The notes: generated by a model from the sequence alone, not told the origin. 64,000 nucleotides of DNA from Desulfobacterales bacterium (GCA_963674755.2 CAXXVS010000001.1:96001-160000), one strand, 5' to 3'; shown: positions 1 through 9,476, numbered from the stretch's first letter. Made by a program: numbers and translations.

Positions 1-1066
1 CTGCACAAGTGCCCTCACTGGACACCATGCAAGGGCCGATGGGATTCTCGGGGGTGCAGACCTTGCGAAAGAGCCGGCACTCGGGCGGGGTTTTGGCCCC
101 GATCAGGATGTTGCCGCAGTCGCAGCCGGGGGGCTCTTTCGACGGGGGAACCTGGATCGGGATTTGGACGGCGGCATCGTAGGCGGCATAGGCCGGACGG
201 ATGCGCAGCCCGCTCCCGGGAATGATCCCGATGCCGCGAAAGGCGGCGTCAACAGGCTCGAAGACCTGTTCCATGATGGCCCGGGCCTTGGGATTGCCGT
301 CTTCGCCCACGGCCCGGCGATAGGCATTGTCCAGCTGGGGCCGGCCGCTTTCGATCTGGGCCACCAGCCGGCGTATGGCTTCCAGAATGTCGGCCGGCTC
401 GAAACCGGCCACCACGCAAGGCACCTGGTAGCGGTCGAAAAAGGGTCGGTAGGCCTGAAGACCCAGGATGACCGATACATGGCCCGGCAGAAGAAACCCG
501 TTGATCTGGACCCGGTCGTTGTCCATCAAGGCCTGCAGGGCCGGGGGGACGGTCTTGTGGGCGCTGGCCACCAGAAAATTGGGTACGTGCATGTCCCGGG
601 CGGCCAGGATGGACGCGGCAATGGTGGGGGCGGTGGTTTCAAAGCCCACCCCGAGGAAGACCACCCGCCGGTCCGGATTGGCCTGGGCGATTTTAAGGGC
701 GTCAAAAGCCGAATAGACGATACGGATGTCACGGCCGGCGGCTTTTTCTTTCCGCAGACTGGAATCGGTACCGGGGACACGCATCAAATCGCCGAAGGTG
801 GTGACAATGGTGCCTTCCTCCCGGGCATAGGCGATAAAGGCATCGATTTCGGGCTGGGCCGTGACACAGACCGGGCATCCGGGACCGGAGAGCAGCCGGA
901 TGGTTTCCGGCAGCACATCGCGTATGCCGTGGCGGAAGATGGACATGGTATGGGTGCCGCAGACCTCCATCAGATGGACCGGCCGGGAGCTCATTTGGCG
1001 AATGGCTTCGATCAAAGGGCGGGACAGGTCCGGATCCCGGTATTCATCCTGATGGTGGAGCGGCAT
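1..1066 (-). CDS. hypD: Hydrogenase maturation protein HypD (last few codons run off the window start)
   Basis: Not in the ORF track. Manual minus-strand translation from ATG 1066 gives MPLHHQDEYRD...MEVCGTHT...GPGCPVC and, at the window edge, GPCMVSSEGTCA; these are the HypD motifs. Confidence 0.95.
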   Translation of the reverse strand, partial: MPLHHQDEYRDPDLSRPLIEAIRQMSSRPVHLMEVCGTHTMSIFRHGIRDVLPETIRLLSGPGCPVCVTAQPEIDAFIAYAREEGTIVTTFGDLMRVPGTDSSLRKEKAAGRDIRIVYSAFDALKIAQANPDRRVVFLGVGFETTAPTIAASILAARDMHVPNFLVASAHKTVPPALQALMDNDRVQINGFLLPGHVSVILGLQAYRPFFDRYQVPCVVAGFEPADILEAIRRLVAQIESGRPQLDNAYRRAVGEDGNPKARAIMEQVFEPVDAAFRGIGIIPGSGLRIRPAYAAYDAAVQIPIQVPPSKEPPGCDCGNILIGAKTPPECRLFRKVCTPENPIGPCMVSSEGTCA

Positions 1067-1111
1067 GGCGCATCATTCCCGTGCAAGCTTTGATGGTTTT
1101 AAAATCCGCTA

Positions 1112-1140
1112 GTTATAAACAAAATGGAGATATCCGACAA
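1112..1140 (-). promoter_or_regulatory. Putative sigma70 promoter for hypD
   Basis: TTGTCG-N17-TATAAC about 45 nt upstream of the hypD ATG. Confidence 0.45.
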
Positions 1141-1154
1141 GCGGTAATTTGACG

Positions 1155-3440
1155 TCAGAGCCCTGCGGCCAGCATCGCGTCGGCCGCCACGGCCTGCCCC
1201 AAAGCGATGCCGCCGTCATTGGGCGGGACCAGCCGGTGGGTATAGACCCTGAAACCAACTTCGGCCAAAGCGTGCGTCAAGTCCTCCGTCAGGATGGCGT
1301 TCTGAAAACTGCCGCCGCTCAGCACCACCTGATCCACAGCGGTCTCGCGGCCCAGAAAGATACAGAGCTCGGTGAACAGGCGCACCAGGGTCGTGTGGAA
1401 TTTCTTGCTGATCAGGGCGGCATGGGTCCCCCGCTGGAGATCGGCCACCACGCCCTGCACGATCGGGGCGGTGGGGATTTTGATGCTCTCCGAGGGCTGC
1501 CAGTCCACATCGTAGCGACCGGCGTCATGCGGGCCGGCGGCCATTTCCAGTTCCATGGCGGCCTGGCCCTCGAAGGCCACGGTATGACGCAGTCCGATCA
1601 AGGCGGCAACCCCGTCAAAAAGCCGCCCCATACTCGATGTCAGCGGGGCATTCAGCCCCTTGGCGATCATGGCGGACACGATGGCGGCCTGGTGGGGATC
1701 GATAGCCGTCGTAAATTCGATATCCAGATCCCGAAAGCCTGGACCGAAAGCTTGGATCAAATAACTGACCGCCATGCGCCAGGGGGCCTTGATCGCGGCT
1801 GCCCCGCCGGGCATGGGCAATGGTTCTAAAAAGGCGACCCGTTCGAAGCACGCTTTTTCCACCAGAAGCACTTCACCCCCCCAGATCGTGCCATCGGTGC
1901 CATAGCCGGTGCCGTCGAAGGCCAACCCGATGACCTGGCCGTCCAGATGGTTCTCCGCCATGCCGCTGACAATGTGGGCATGATGATGCTGCACGGGCAC
2001 CACCGGCAGCTCCTGCTGCCCCTGGGCATAGCGCGTGCTGAGATAGTCCGGATGCATGTCGCAGGCCACTGCCTGGGGCTGAACGTCCAGAATCTTCTCC
2101 AGGTGGGTGATGGTGTCCAGGAAGGCGTCGTAGGTGGCCAGGTTTTCCAGATCACCGATATGCTGGCTGACGAAGGCCCGGTCTTCCTTTGTCAGACAGA
2201 CGGTATTCTTGAGCTCGGCGCCGCAGGCCAGCACCGGCCGCAAGGGACTGCGCAGGAAAACGGGAGTGGGCACAAAGCCCCGGGCACGCCGGATAAACCG
2301 TGTGGTGCCGGCCGTCTTGCGGACGATGGAGTCGTCGCAGCGCAGGCGGATATCGCGGTTGTGGACCAGAAACCCATCGGCAATGCCCCCCAGACGCTCC
2401 ACCGCTTCCTGGTTGTCGATCACGATGGGCTCTTCGCTTAGGTTGGCGCTGGTCATGACCAGCGCGGTGAAATCGCCCTCCAGTATCAGGTAATGCAACG
2501 GCGCATAGGGCAGCATCACGCCGAAATAGCGGTTATGGGGGGCTACTGCCGGTGCAATTGCATGCTGGGTGCGCTTTTGCAAAAGCAGGATGGGACGCTG
2601 GGGGGACGACAGAACGGTGATTTCCTCCGCGTCGAGATGGGCGAAGTTGCGGATCCTCGCGATGTCCCGCGCCATCAGCGCAAAGGGTTTCTCTTCGCGA
2701 TGCTTGCGCCGGCGCAGGCGCTGGACCGCCGCTTCGTTGGCGGCATCTACGGCCAGATGAAAGCCGCCCAGTCCCTTGACCGCCACGATGCGGCCCTGTT
2801 GCAGCCGCGCAACCACTTCCCGGACCGGATCGGCCGTGGCTAGTGGACGGCCCCGGCGGTCGAGCAGCTGGACGTGGGGACCGCAGACCGGGCAGGCATT
2901 GGGTTGGGCATGAAAGCGCCGATTGGCCGGGTCGTCGTATTCCGCCTGGCACTGGCGGCACATGCAGAAATCCCGCATCGCGGTCTGGGGACGGTCATAG
3001 GGGATATCGTCGATGATGGTATAGCGCGGCCCGCAATTGGTGCAGTTGATGAAAGGGTAGCGGAAGCGCCGATCCCGGGGGTTACGCATTTCCGCCAGGC
3101 AGTCGTCGCAGATCGCGACATCCGGCGATATCAGCGCTGATTTGCCACTGTCCGGGCGGCTGGCCACAATCGTGAAGGAAGCGGCCTGCTCAGGGACGGC
3201 CGCGTTTGCGCTGACCTCGGTGATCTGCGCCAGGGGTGGGGCTTCGGCGGGGATGCTGGCCAGGAAGGCTTCAATGGCGGCTGGCGGGCCCTCCACGTGG
3301 ATGTCAACACCGGAGGCGGTGTTGGCTACATGGCCGCAGAGTTTGTAGCGGCCGGCCAGCTGATAGATATAGGGGCGGAAACCGACGCCCTGGACAATGC
3401 CTTTGACACGGATCTGTTGGGCGGTAAGCGATTCCGTCAT
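1155..3440 (-). CDS. hypF: Carbamoyltransferase HypF
   Basis: Acylphosphatase GIVQGVGFRP, two CxxC-x18-CxxC zinc fingers, KGLGGFHL, QHHHAH, PPNDGGIALGQ. ATG 3440 (MTESL) preferred over the ORF-track start at 3515. Confidence 0.96.
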   Translation of the reverse strand: MTESLTAQQIRVKGIVQGVGFRPYIYQLAGRYKLCGHVANTASGVDIHVEGPPAAIEAFLASIPAEAPPLAQITEVSANAAVPEQAASFTIVASRPDSGKSALISPDVAICDDCLAEMRNPRDRRFRYPFINCTNCGPRYTIIDDIPYDRPQTAMRDFCMCRQCQAEYDDPANRRFHAQPNACPVCGPHVQLLDRRGRPLATADPVREVVARLQQGRIVAVKGLGGFHLAVDAANEAAVQRLRRRKHREEKPFALMARDIARIRNFAHLDAEEITVLSSPQRPILLLQKRTQHAIAPAVAPHNRYFGVMLPYAPLHYLILEGDFTALVMTSANLSEEPIVIDNQEAVERLGGIADGFLVHNRDIRLRCDDSIVRKTAGTTRFIRRARGFVPTPVFLRSPLRPVLACGAELKNTVCLTKEDRAFVSQHIGDLENLATYDAFLDTITHLEKILDVQPQAVACDMHPDYLSTRYAQGQQELPVVPVQHHHAHIVSGMAENHLDGQVIGLAFDGTGYGTDGTIWGGEVLLVEKACFERVAFLEPLPMPGGAAAIKAPWRMAVSYLIQAFGPGFRDLDIEFTTAIDPHQAAIVSAMIAKGLNAPLTSSMGRLFDGVAALIGLRHTVAFEGQAAMELEMAAGPHDAGRYDVDWQPSESIKIPTAPIVQGVVADLQRGTHAALISKKFHTTLVRLFTELCIFLGRETAVDQVVLSGGSFQNAILTEDLTHALAEVGFRVYTHRLVPPNDGGIALGQAVAADAMLAAGL

Positions 3441-3474
3441 AGCAGCGCCATCGGGCGGGACAGGGGATTTTCCC

Positions 3475-3729
3475 TCAACCTTGGGCCGCGGTGTCCGGAT
3501 CATCCTGCTCGGCAACCAGCTGGGCCGCCTCCCTCAGGTACTGGAGGGACTCCTGGGCCGTGGCCTCGTCCATTTTCTGGATGGCGAATCCGGCATGCAC
3601 GATGACCCACTCGCCCACCTGCGGGTCTTCGAGCAACAGCAGACTGGCTTCGCGCCGTACGCCGGCCACATCGATAACCCCCATCTGGTCGTTGATGGCG
3701 ACGATCTTGGATGGAATGGCAAGGCACAT
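3475..3729 (-). CDS. hypC: HypC/HupF hydrogenase chaperone
   Basis: MCLAIP N-terminus (conserved Cys2) and VGEWVIVHAGFAI; AAGGAG RBS 9 nt upstream of ATG 3729. Confidence 0.95.
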   Translation of the reverse strand: MCLAIPSKIVAINDQMGVIDVAGVRREASLLLLEDPQVGEWVIVHAGFAIQKMDEATAQESLQYLREAAQLVAEQDDPDTAAQG

Positions 3730-3731
3730 GG

Positions 3732-4241
3732 TCATGCGCTCCTTTTCTGACAGGTGACGCCCAGCATATCCAGCTCCTGGATGACCTGCGCCATCATATC
3801 GTCCACCCGGGCGGCTACGGTCGGTGTCAGGTCCACGCTGTGGGTGGTGATATCTTCCGGCTCCACACCCAGCACCACGGTGGTCTGAGGCACTTTGTCG
3901 ATGGCCTGGCATAAGGTCAAGGTTTCCAGGAAATCGGTTTGGTGTAGGGAGTTCTTCAGGAGGATGCGCTCGGGGAGTTCCTCTTTCTCGAGGCGATACA
4001 GCGTACCGGGGGGTTGCTTGTTCTTAACGGCATCCACCACGATAAGGTGCTGGGCGTCTGCGATAACGCCTAAAAGATGAATCCCCAGGACCCCGCCGTC
4101 AACAAGGGCAACGTGGTCCGGGAAATCGTATTCCTGGTAGAGCTTTTCAATCACCCGCACACCGAAACCTTCATCGCTTAGCAAGATGTTTCCGATGCCC
4201 AGGACGGTGATCTTGGGTTGGGGCGTTTGGTCATCCGTCAT
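3732..4241 (-). CDS. Hydrogenase maturation endopeptidase (HyaD/HybD/HupD family)
   Basis: VLGIGNILLSDEGFGV, VDGG, IVVDAV, SLHQ; directly downstream of the large subunit. Start ATG 4241 or TTG 4244. Confidence 0.93.
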   Translation of the reverse strand: MTDDQTPQPKITVLGIGNILLSDEGFGVRVIEKLYQEYDFPDHVALVDGGVLGIHLLGVIADAQHLIVVDAVKNKQPPGTLYRLEKEELPERILLKNSLHQTDFLETLTLCQAIDKVPQTTVVLGVEPEDITTHSVDLTPTVAARVDDMMAQVIQELDMLGVTCQKRSA

Positions 4242-4276
4242 CAATTGTCTTCCTTTGGCAAACCCATATCCGGGAC

Positions 4277-4305
4277 CCTATAGTATGGTTTAACGTGTCA
4301 TGCAA
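4277..4305 (-). promoter_or_regulatory. Putative promoter for the protease-hypC-hypF unit
   Basis: TTGCAT-N17-TATAGG, the same boxes as upstream of infC, lying just downstream of the hydrogenase terminator. Confidence 0.5.
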
Positions 4306-4389
4306 GCCATGGATGGGTCTGGTGCTTTGTTGGCGGTGGGTATCCATTGCAGGGGGGATAAGCAATCTAGCGGCAGCCGGCTGGTCCCT

Positions 4390-4427
4390 AAAAAGAGACA
4401 GCCGCTCCGCATATGGCGGAGCGGCTG
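4390..4427 (-). terminator. Intrinsic terminator after the hydrogenase large subunit
   Basis: 12-bp stem CAGCCGCTCCGC/GCGGAGCGGCTG followed on the minus strand by TCTCTTTTT. Confidence 0.8.
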
Positions 4428-4439
4428 AAGGATACATGA

Positions 4440-6089
4440 TTACAGAACGTTGACTTTAATAACCTCGTTGGAATTCGGATCGATCACATGGACCGCGCAG
4501 GCAATACAGGGGTCGAACGAGTGCACGGTGCGCAGGATTTCGAGCGGTTTCTGGGGATCCGCGACCGGGGTGCCGATCAGGGCTTCTTCCACAGGGCCCA
4601 ATTTACCCTCGGTACAGCGGGGACCGAAGTTCCAGGTGGACGGCACGACATACTGGTAGTTGCCAATCTTGCCGTCCTCGATCCGGATCCAGTGGCCCAA
4701 GGCCCCGCGCGGTACGTCGTTGAGGCCGACGCCCTTGGCGGAGTCGGGCATTTCATAGGCTTCGTAGGTCTTGGAATCGCCGTTTTTGAGGTTGGCGAGC
4801 AGGGCCCCGATCCAGTTTTCCATCTGGTCGCCGATGGCGATGGTTTCCAGGCCCCGGGCCGCCGTACGTCCCAGGGTGGAGAACAGCGCCGTAACCGGAA
4901 TATCGAGTTGTTTCAGGGTGCTGTCCACCAGAGGTTTAATGTCTTTGTGGCCATTGCCGTAAGCCACCAGAACGCGCGCCAACGGACCGACCTCGCAGGA
5001 TTCCTTGTTGTAGCGCGGCGCCTTCAACCAGGAATACTTCCCTCCACCCGGACGATATTTGGGATTTTCCTTCAACGGCTTGGTTTCCCCATTCCAGGGA
5101 TGCTTGGGATCGCCCTTTTCGTACCAGCCAAAGGTCACGTCCTCGGTCACCATTTGCGGATCGACCATTTGGACGTTGGCCACGTCGCGTTTGAAGATGG
5201 CGCCCCGCGGCATGTAGAGGCTTTCGGGTTCTTTTGCGCTTTGCGGAAAGTCGCCATAGGCCAGGAAGTTGGTGCAGCCGCCGATGCCGCCCCAGTCTTT
5301 GTAGAAGGAGGCCACCGCCAGCAGATCGGGGATATAAACCTTTTTAACAAAGTTTTGGGTCTCGCGGGTGAGATAGAGAAATTCCGCGATGCGATCGGGA
5401 TTGAGATCCCGGACGCAGGTGACGCCGCCCACCACCAGGGACTGCGGGTGGGGGTTCTTGCCGCCGAAGATAGCGTGCATACGGGCGGCTTTGGCCTGCA
5501 GGCGCAAGGCTTCGATGTAGTGCGCCGCGGCCATCAGGTTGGCTTCCGGCGGCAGTTTGTAGGCCGGATGCCCCCAATAGGCATTCGCAAAGGGACCCAG
5601 CTGGCCGCTTTCCACGAACGCCTTTAGGCGGTTTTGGACCTCGCGGTAATAGGCTGTTCCGCCCCATGGGGCTTCGCTGACGTTGTCGGCCAGGGTAGCG
5701 GTTTTCTGGGGATCGGCGCTTAACGCGCTGACGATGTCCACCCAGTCCAGGGCATGCAGATGATAGAAATGAACGATGTGATCATGCTGGTACTGGGCGC
5801 CGTGCAGCAAATTGCGGACAATGCGGGCATTGGCGGGAATGGTGACGCCCACCGCATCGTCAACGGCGCGGACTGAGGAAACCGCGTGTACATAAGTGCA
5901 GACACCGCATGAGCGCTGAACGAAATGGTGTGCGTCACGAGGGTCCCGGCCCTGGAGAATCATTTCGATTCCGCGAAACATCTGCCCGGAACTCCACGCA
6001 TTGACGACCTTGCCACCCTCTACTTCCACCTCAATGCGAAGGTGGCCCTCTATTCTGGTAATTGGGTCAACCGTGATTCTCTTACCCAT
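4440..6089 (-). CDS. hynA: [NiFe]-hydrogenase large subunit, group 1 (periplasmic Hyn type)
   Basis: RIEGH, L1 motif QRSCGVC, L2 motif FDPCIACAVH plus a 15-aa cleavable tail. Cys, not Sec, at L2. hynA/hynB naming differs between species. Confidence 0.96.
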   Translation of the reverse strand: MGKRITVDPITRIEGHLRIEVEVEGGKVVNAWSSGQMFRGIEMILQGRDPRDAHHFVQRSCGVCTYVHAVSSVRAVDDAVGVTIPANARIVRNLLHGAQYQHDHIVHFYHLHALDWVDIVSALSADPQKTATLADNVSEAPWGGTAYYREVQNRLKAFVESGQLGPFANAYWGHPAYKLPPEANLMAAAHYIEALRLQAKAARMHAIFGGKNPHPQSLVVGGVTCVRDLNPDRIAEFLYLTRETQNFVKKVYIPDLLAVASFYKDWGGIGGCTNFLAYGDFPQSAKEPESLYMPRGAIFKRDVANVQMVDPQMVTEDVTFGWYEKGDPKHPWNGETKPLKENPKYRPGGGKYSWLKAPRYNKESCEVGPLARVLVAYGNGHKDIKPLVDSTLKQLDIPVTALFSTLGRTAARGLETIAIGDQMENWIGALLANLKNGDSKTYEAYEMPDSAKGVGLNDVPRGALGHWIRIEDGKIGNYQYVVPSTWNFGPRCTEGKLGPVEEALIGTPVADPQKPLEILRTVHSFDPCIACAVHVIDPNSNEVIKVNVL

Positions 6090-6149
6090 ATGTTTTCCTC
6101 TCCTTCTTGAAAAGGGATCTTTTCCAATGATTCAACGGTGCTGCGGTGT

Positions 6150-7097
6150 CTACAGCTCTTCGTAGAACGGCGTCATCGTATCCCAGAAATCGGGCTGGCT
6201 GCATCCAATGCAAGGTGCGCCTGCTTCCACGGGCCAACTGGTGCCGTCGTTGAATTTGGCTACGGCGCAGTTGTTGTAGGTTTCGGGACCACGGCAGCCC
6301 ATTTTGTATAGGCAATAACCCATTGCGGCTTCTTCGGAACCGAATTGTTCCACGAATTCGTCGTTTTCGAAATGGGCGCGCCGGGGGCACTGGTCGTGAA
6401 TGGTTTTGCCATAAGCGAAAAGCGGGCGGCCCTTTTCATCCAGCGCCGGGAGTTTGCCGAGCAGCAGGTAGTTGACAATGGTACCGACCAGGTTGATGGG
6501 ATTCGGCGGGCAGCCGGGGATGTTGACGATTTTGCCTTCCATTCCCAGAGCAGCGCCCACACCCTTATAGCCTCCCGGGTTGGGTTTGGCGGCGGGTATA
6601 CCACCGAAGCTGGCGCAGGATCCGATCGCAATGGTGGCAGCCGCTTTGGGGACCACATCCTGGGCGATTTCCAGGAAGGTGCGATCGCCAACCTTGCCGT
6701 AGCCGCCGTCGTAATTGGTGGCAATCGAACCTTCCACCACACAAACGAATTGCCCGGCATACTGCTTGACGGCGTTGTGAAGATTTTCTTCGGCCTGCTG
6801 TCCGGCCGCGGCCATGATGGTTTCGTGGTATTCCACATCCAGAATTTCCAGAACCAGCTCGTCGATCCAGGGATACATGGACCGCAAGAGTGCTTCCGAG
6901 CATCCCGTACATTCACCAAAGTGCAACCAAACAACCGGTGGCCGTTGCTTGGGGGCGGCGAACACTTCGGCCACTTTGGGCACGAAGGACGATGAAAGCC
7001 CCATGGTCGCCGTCAGGAACGTACAGAACTTCATGAAGTCCCGGCGTGAGACTCCCTTTGAATCCAAACGTTCATAGAACTCCTTCTCCTTTTCCAT
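6150..7097 (-). CDS. hynB: [NiFe]-hydrogenase small subunit with Tat signal
   Basis: Twin-arginine SRRDFMK; ECTGC, GCPPNP, HDQCPR, CLYKMGC, CIGC cluster motifs; AAGGAGGTG RBS before ATG 7097; no C-terminal membrane anchor. Confidence 0.96.
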   Translation of the reverse strand: MEKEKEFYERLDSKGVSRRDFMKFCTFLTATMGLSSSFVPKVAEVFAAPKQRPPVVWLHFGECTGCSEALLRSMYPWIDELVLEILDVEYHETIMAAAGQQAEENLHNAVKQYAGQFVCVVEGSIATNYDGGYGKVGDRTFLEIAQDVVPKAAATIAIGSCASFGGIPAAKPNPGGYKGVGAALGMEGKIVNIPGCPPNPINLVGTIVNYLLLGKLPALDEKGRPLFAYGKTIHDQCPRRAHFENDEFVEQFGSEEAAMGYCLYKMGCRGPETYNNCAVAKFNDGTSWPVEAGAPCIGCSQPDFWDTMTPFYEEL

Positions 7098-7283
7098 CAG
7101 CACCTCCTTGATGCGGTTGAAAAAACGCCTGAGTACCTCTCCAGCACGATATGAATACAAAGCCGGCATAACGGGGCGATTTTTGCTGGATATTTACCCC
7201 GCCTGCCGGTTCAAGTCCTGAGGGTTGCCTGTAAGGGTTTGTAGGACAAAAATAAAATAAATTCCATTCATATGCGCTTTATC

Positions 7284-7312
7284 TTGTTAGAAGAATGCGG
7301 CACGCAAGTCAA
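7284..7312 (-). promoter_or_regulatory. Putative promoter of the hydrogenase operon
   Basis: TTGACT-N17-TAACAA; same -10 hexamer as the tRNA-Ser promoter. Confidence 0.5.
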
Positions 7313-7595
7313 TACCTAACTTCGTTTCGACCGGGTAAACCCACTGGCGCCAACTGTCCGCCTTCGATGGCATGGATACCGATTGCTGAACGAATAACCA
7401 ATATCAAAAGAAGGAACATGTCGCAATTGATTCCTGTCTGACGGGTGCCCTACGTCCATTGGGCGGTCTTACTCCGTGGTCACAGGTATGGGGATAGGAT
7501 TGCGAGGGCTGAACAGAAGGCGGGGCACCGTTTGGGGCGCCCCGGTTGGCAGGAAACGATTGAAATGACCCGGTCTGTTGGTCCTTTCCGCCGGG

Positions 7596-8072
7596 TTAGA
7601 GTTCCTCATCCAGATCGGATGAGGTGTCATCGTCAATCTTGATCGGGGAGTTTATTTTTTTGATATCGTTTTCGTCGTTGTCGTAGTCGTCTTCGAAGTC
7701 GTCATCCAGAAGTTCGTCGATTTCCCCGGCTTCATCGTCGATATCGTCAAGAATAGCCGCCTGAGCACGTTCGTGGGTTAACAAGTCCAGATCGTCGAAT
7801 AACAGTTCGGCCGCATCGCTATCTGAGGATTTGTAGAGATTATGGACCGTATCCGCTATCATCTCGGCATAGATGCGCGGGGGATACATGTTGCGCGTAC
7901 GCAATGCCGCAATCAACGCCTCCCGTCCGCTTTCCATGGCCCGCTTGATCACATCCGCTTCAAACGCCACTTCACACAGGAGGGACATCACGTCCTTGTC
8001 CAATTCGGCACTTTCTTTGATAATGAGCTGCTGGTCGGCATCGTTTTTCTGGATTTGGAATTTTTGTTTCAT
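7596..8072 (-). CDS. Hypothetical protein with a highly acidic C-terminal tail
   Basis: 158-aa ORF with AAGGAG RBS, globular-looking N-terminus and a D/E-rich tail. Confidence 0.85.
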   Translation of the reverse strand: MKQKFQIQKNDADQQLIIKESAELDKDVMSLLCEVAFEADVIKRAMESGREALIAALRTRNMYPPRIYAEMIADTVHNLYKSSDSDAAELLFDDLDLLTHERAQAAILDDIDDEAGEIDELLDDDFEDDYDNDENDIKKINSPIKIDDDTSSDLDEEL

Positions 8073-8214
8073 ATGGAACTCCTTGCGCGGCCAATCCTGC
8101 GCTGAAATGATTGTCAGTCCTAATTATACAAGCATTTTAGTTGCTTTTTGGCCCTTGGAAACCATATTCAAAATGGCATGTCAACTTCAAAACGTACGGT
8201 GTCATGAAAAAATA

Positions 8215-8243
8215 TTGACCCCATCCTGATGACTTGATAACAA
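8215..8243 (+). promoter_or_regulatory. Promoter of the tRNA-Ser pair
   Basis: TTGACC-N17-TAACAA ending 18 nt before the first tRNA. Confidence 0.6.
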
Positions 8244-8261
8244 GCACAATTCACATTGCAG

Positions 8262-8349
8262 GGAGGGATGGCTGAGTGGTCGAAAGCGGCGGTCTTGAAA
8301 ACCGTTGAGGGTAACACCTCCGTGGGTTCGAATCCTACTCCCTCCGCCA
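8262..8349 (+). tRNA. tRNA-Ser(TGA)
   Basis: GGAGGGA acceptor stem, anticodon arm GCGGT-CTTGAAA-ACCGT, long variable arm, GTTCGAATC, encoded CCA. Confidence 0.96.
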
Positions 8350-8363
8350 TCCGACAGCATAAC

Positions 8364-8456
8364 GGAGAGATGACCGAGTCGGCTGAAGGTGCTCGCCTGC
8401 TAAGCGAGTGTGGGGGTTAAACTCCACCATGGGTTCGAATCCCATTCTCTCCGCCA
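8364..8456 (+). tRNA. tRNA-Ser(GCT)
   Basis: GGAGAGA/TCTCTCC acceptor, anticodon arm CTCGC-CTGCTAA-GCGAG, long variable arm, GTTCGAATC, CCA. Confidence 0.96.
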
Positions 8457-8466
8457 CCCCAAACAC

Positions 8467-8498
8467 AACGCCCGGCTGTCGCAGCCGGGCGTTTTTTT
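8467..8498 (+). terminator. Intrinsic terminator after the tRNA-Ser pair
   Basis: AACGCCCGGCTG/CAGCCGGGCGTT stem followed by a T run. Confidence 0.85.
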
Positions 8499-8513
8499 GT
8501 AGGGCTGTGGTCC

Positions 8514-8711
8514 TCAGCGGTCTTTTTTATCGTCATTAAACGTTTCGATATCCATATTCAAATGCTCAAGGATGTCCATGAGGGGCGCCGCATAGGCTTC
8601 CGCCCGTCGTTGGGATTCATCCTGGCAGACCTTAAAGCCGGCGCGATAGGCAGAGATGTAGATCGCCGTGACACATACGATATGAATGACGATGAGCATA
8701 AATTCTTCCAT
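8514..8711 (-). CDS. Small single-TM hypothetical protein (65 aa)
   Basis: CAGGAGGA RBS before ATG 8711 (MEEFMLIVIHIVCVTAIYISAY...); one hydrophobic helix. Confidence 0.6.
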   Translation of the reverse strand: MEEFMLIVIHIVCVTAIYISAYRAGFKVCQDESQRRAEAYAAPLMDILEHLNMDIETFNDDKKDR

Positions 8712-8842
8712 GACGTCCTCCTGTCGATCGGTGTTGCGGTCCTTATCGGCTTTTAAGTCCTGCCGCTTTAATCCTGAAAAACGCCCCGACCAATGCCACG
8801 GCGCGGCGTTAAACAAGCATGGTTGTTGACGGTATAGGGAGG

Positions 8843-9217
8843 TTAGCCGTTGTTTTGGGTGAAGCGGCGGATATAATCTTGGAGGCGGGTTTTCTGGGCT
8901 TCTGTCAGGGCAATGAATTGCAGGCTGGTTTGGCGAAGCGGAATACCGGAAAAGGACGTGCCGGAGGGAAGGTCGACATCCGCAATCCGCTTGACCGGCA
9001 CCCCATCGAGCCAAATGCCTTTGCCGGCGAACATCAGTTGGAGTCTGGCCATCCCATCCAGGTCGGCTTCAGGGGAATCGTCGGCCATGTAACGAAACGC
9101 CACCCCGTTCAAACTGATGTCCTGAATCTGGCCGACACGTCCGGTGGCGGGGGATAAAGCGGCCAGGGCGCCATCAACGGCCCGGAAACGTTTTGCAATA
9201 CGGCGTTCAGTGACCAA
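8843..9217 (-). CDS. Stand-alone PilZ-domain protein
   Basis: ERRIAKR (RxxxR) and DISLNG (DxSxxG) c-di-GMP motifs; TTG start uncertain. Confidence 0.85.
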   Translation of the reverse strand: MVTERRIAKRFRAVDGALAALSPATGRVGQIQDISLNGVAFRYMADDSPEADLDGMARLQLMFAGKGIWLDGVPVKRIADVDLPSGTSFSGIPLRQTSLQFIALTEAQKTRLQDYIRRFTQNNG

Positions 9218-9447
9218 AGCGATTGCCTGATTTATCCATATATTGTGTCCATTATCGATTTAACCCCAACATTCTGTGTAGAGAAGATAAGATAGATCCA
9301 CGCCTGAATCAAGCGTTTTTTTCCTAACGGTGCTTCTGGATTTATGGAAGGGTCCGCGTGCCGTCGGGGATTTACGTGCCAGGAAGGTGACGTTCCACCC
9401 CTGTTTCAGCCCCCTTCAGGCAGGGCCGCTATCACCGTTCATTGTAC

Positions 9448-9476
9448 TTGACAAATAACAGCTCCCCTATTAATTA
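9448..9476 (+). promoter_or_regulatory. Putative sat promoter
   Basis: TTGACA-N17-TAATTA, the same boxes as the tRNA-Gly promoter. Confidence 0.6.

Noticed and set aside
4440..4530. Possible [NiFeSe] hydrogenase (Sec at the L2 motif)
   Set aside because: Codons read TGT and TGC (DPCIAC), and a cleavable C-terminal tail is present.
8168..8350. ORF MAEGVGFEPT (and 30190-30477)
   Set aside because: Antisense translations of tRNA genes.
8262..9400. Integrative element at tRNA-Ser
   Set aside because: No integrase and no duplicated tRNA 3' end seen in the window.
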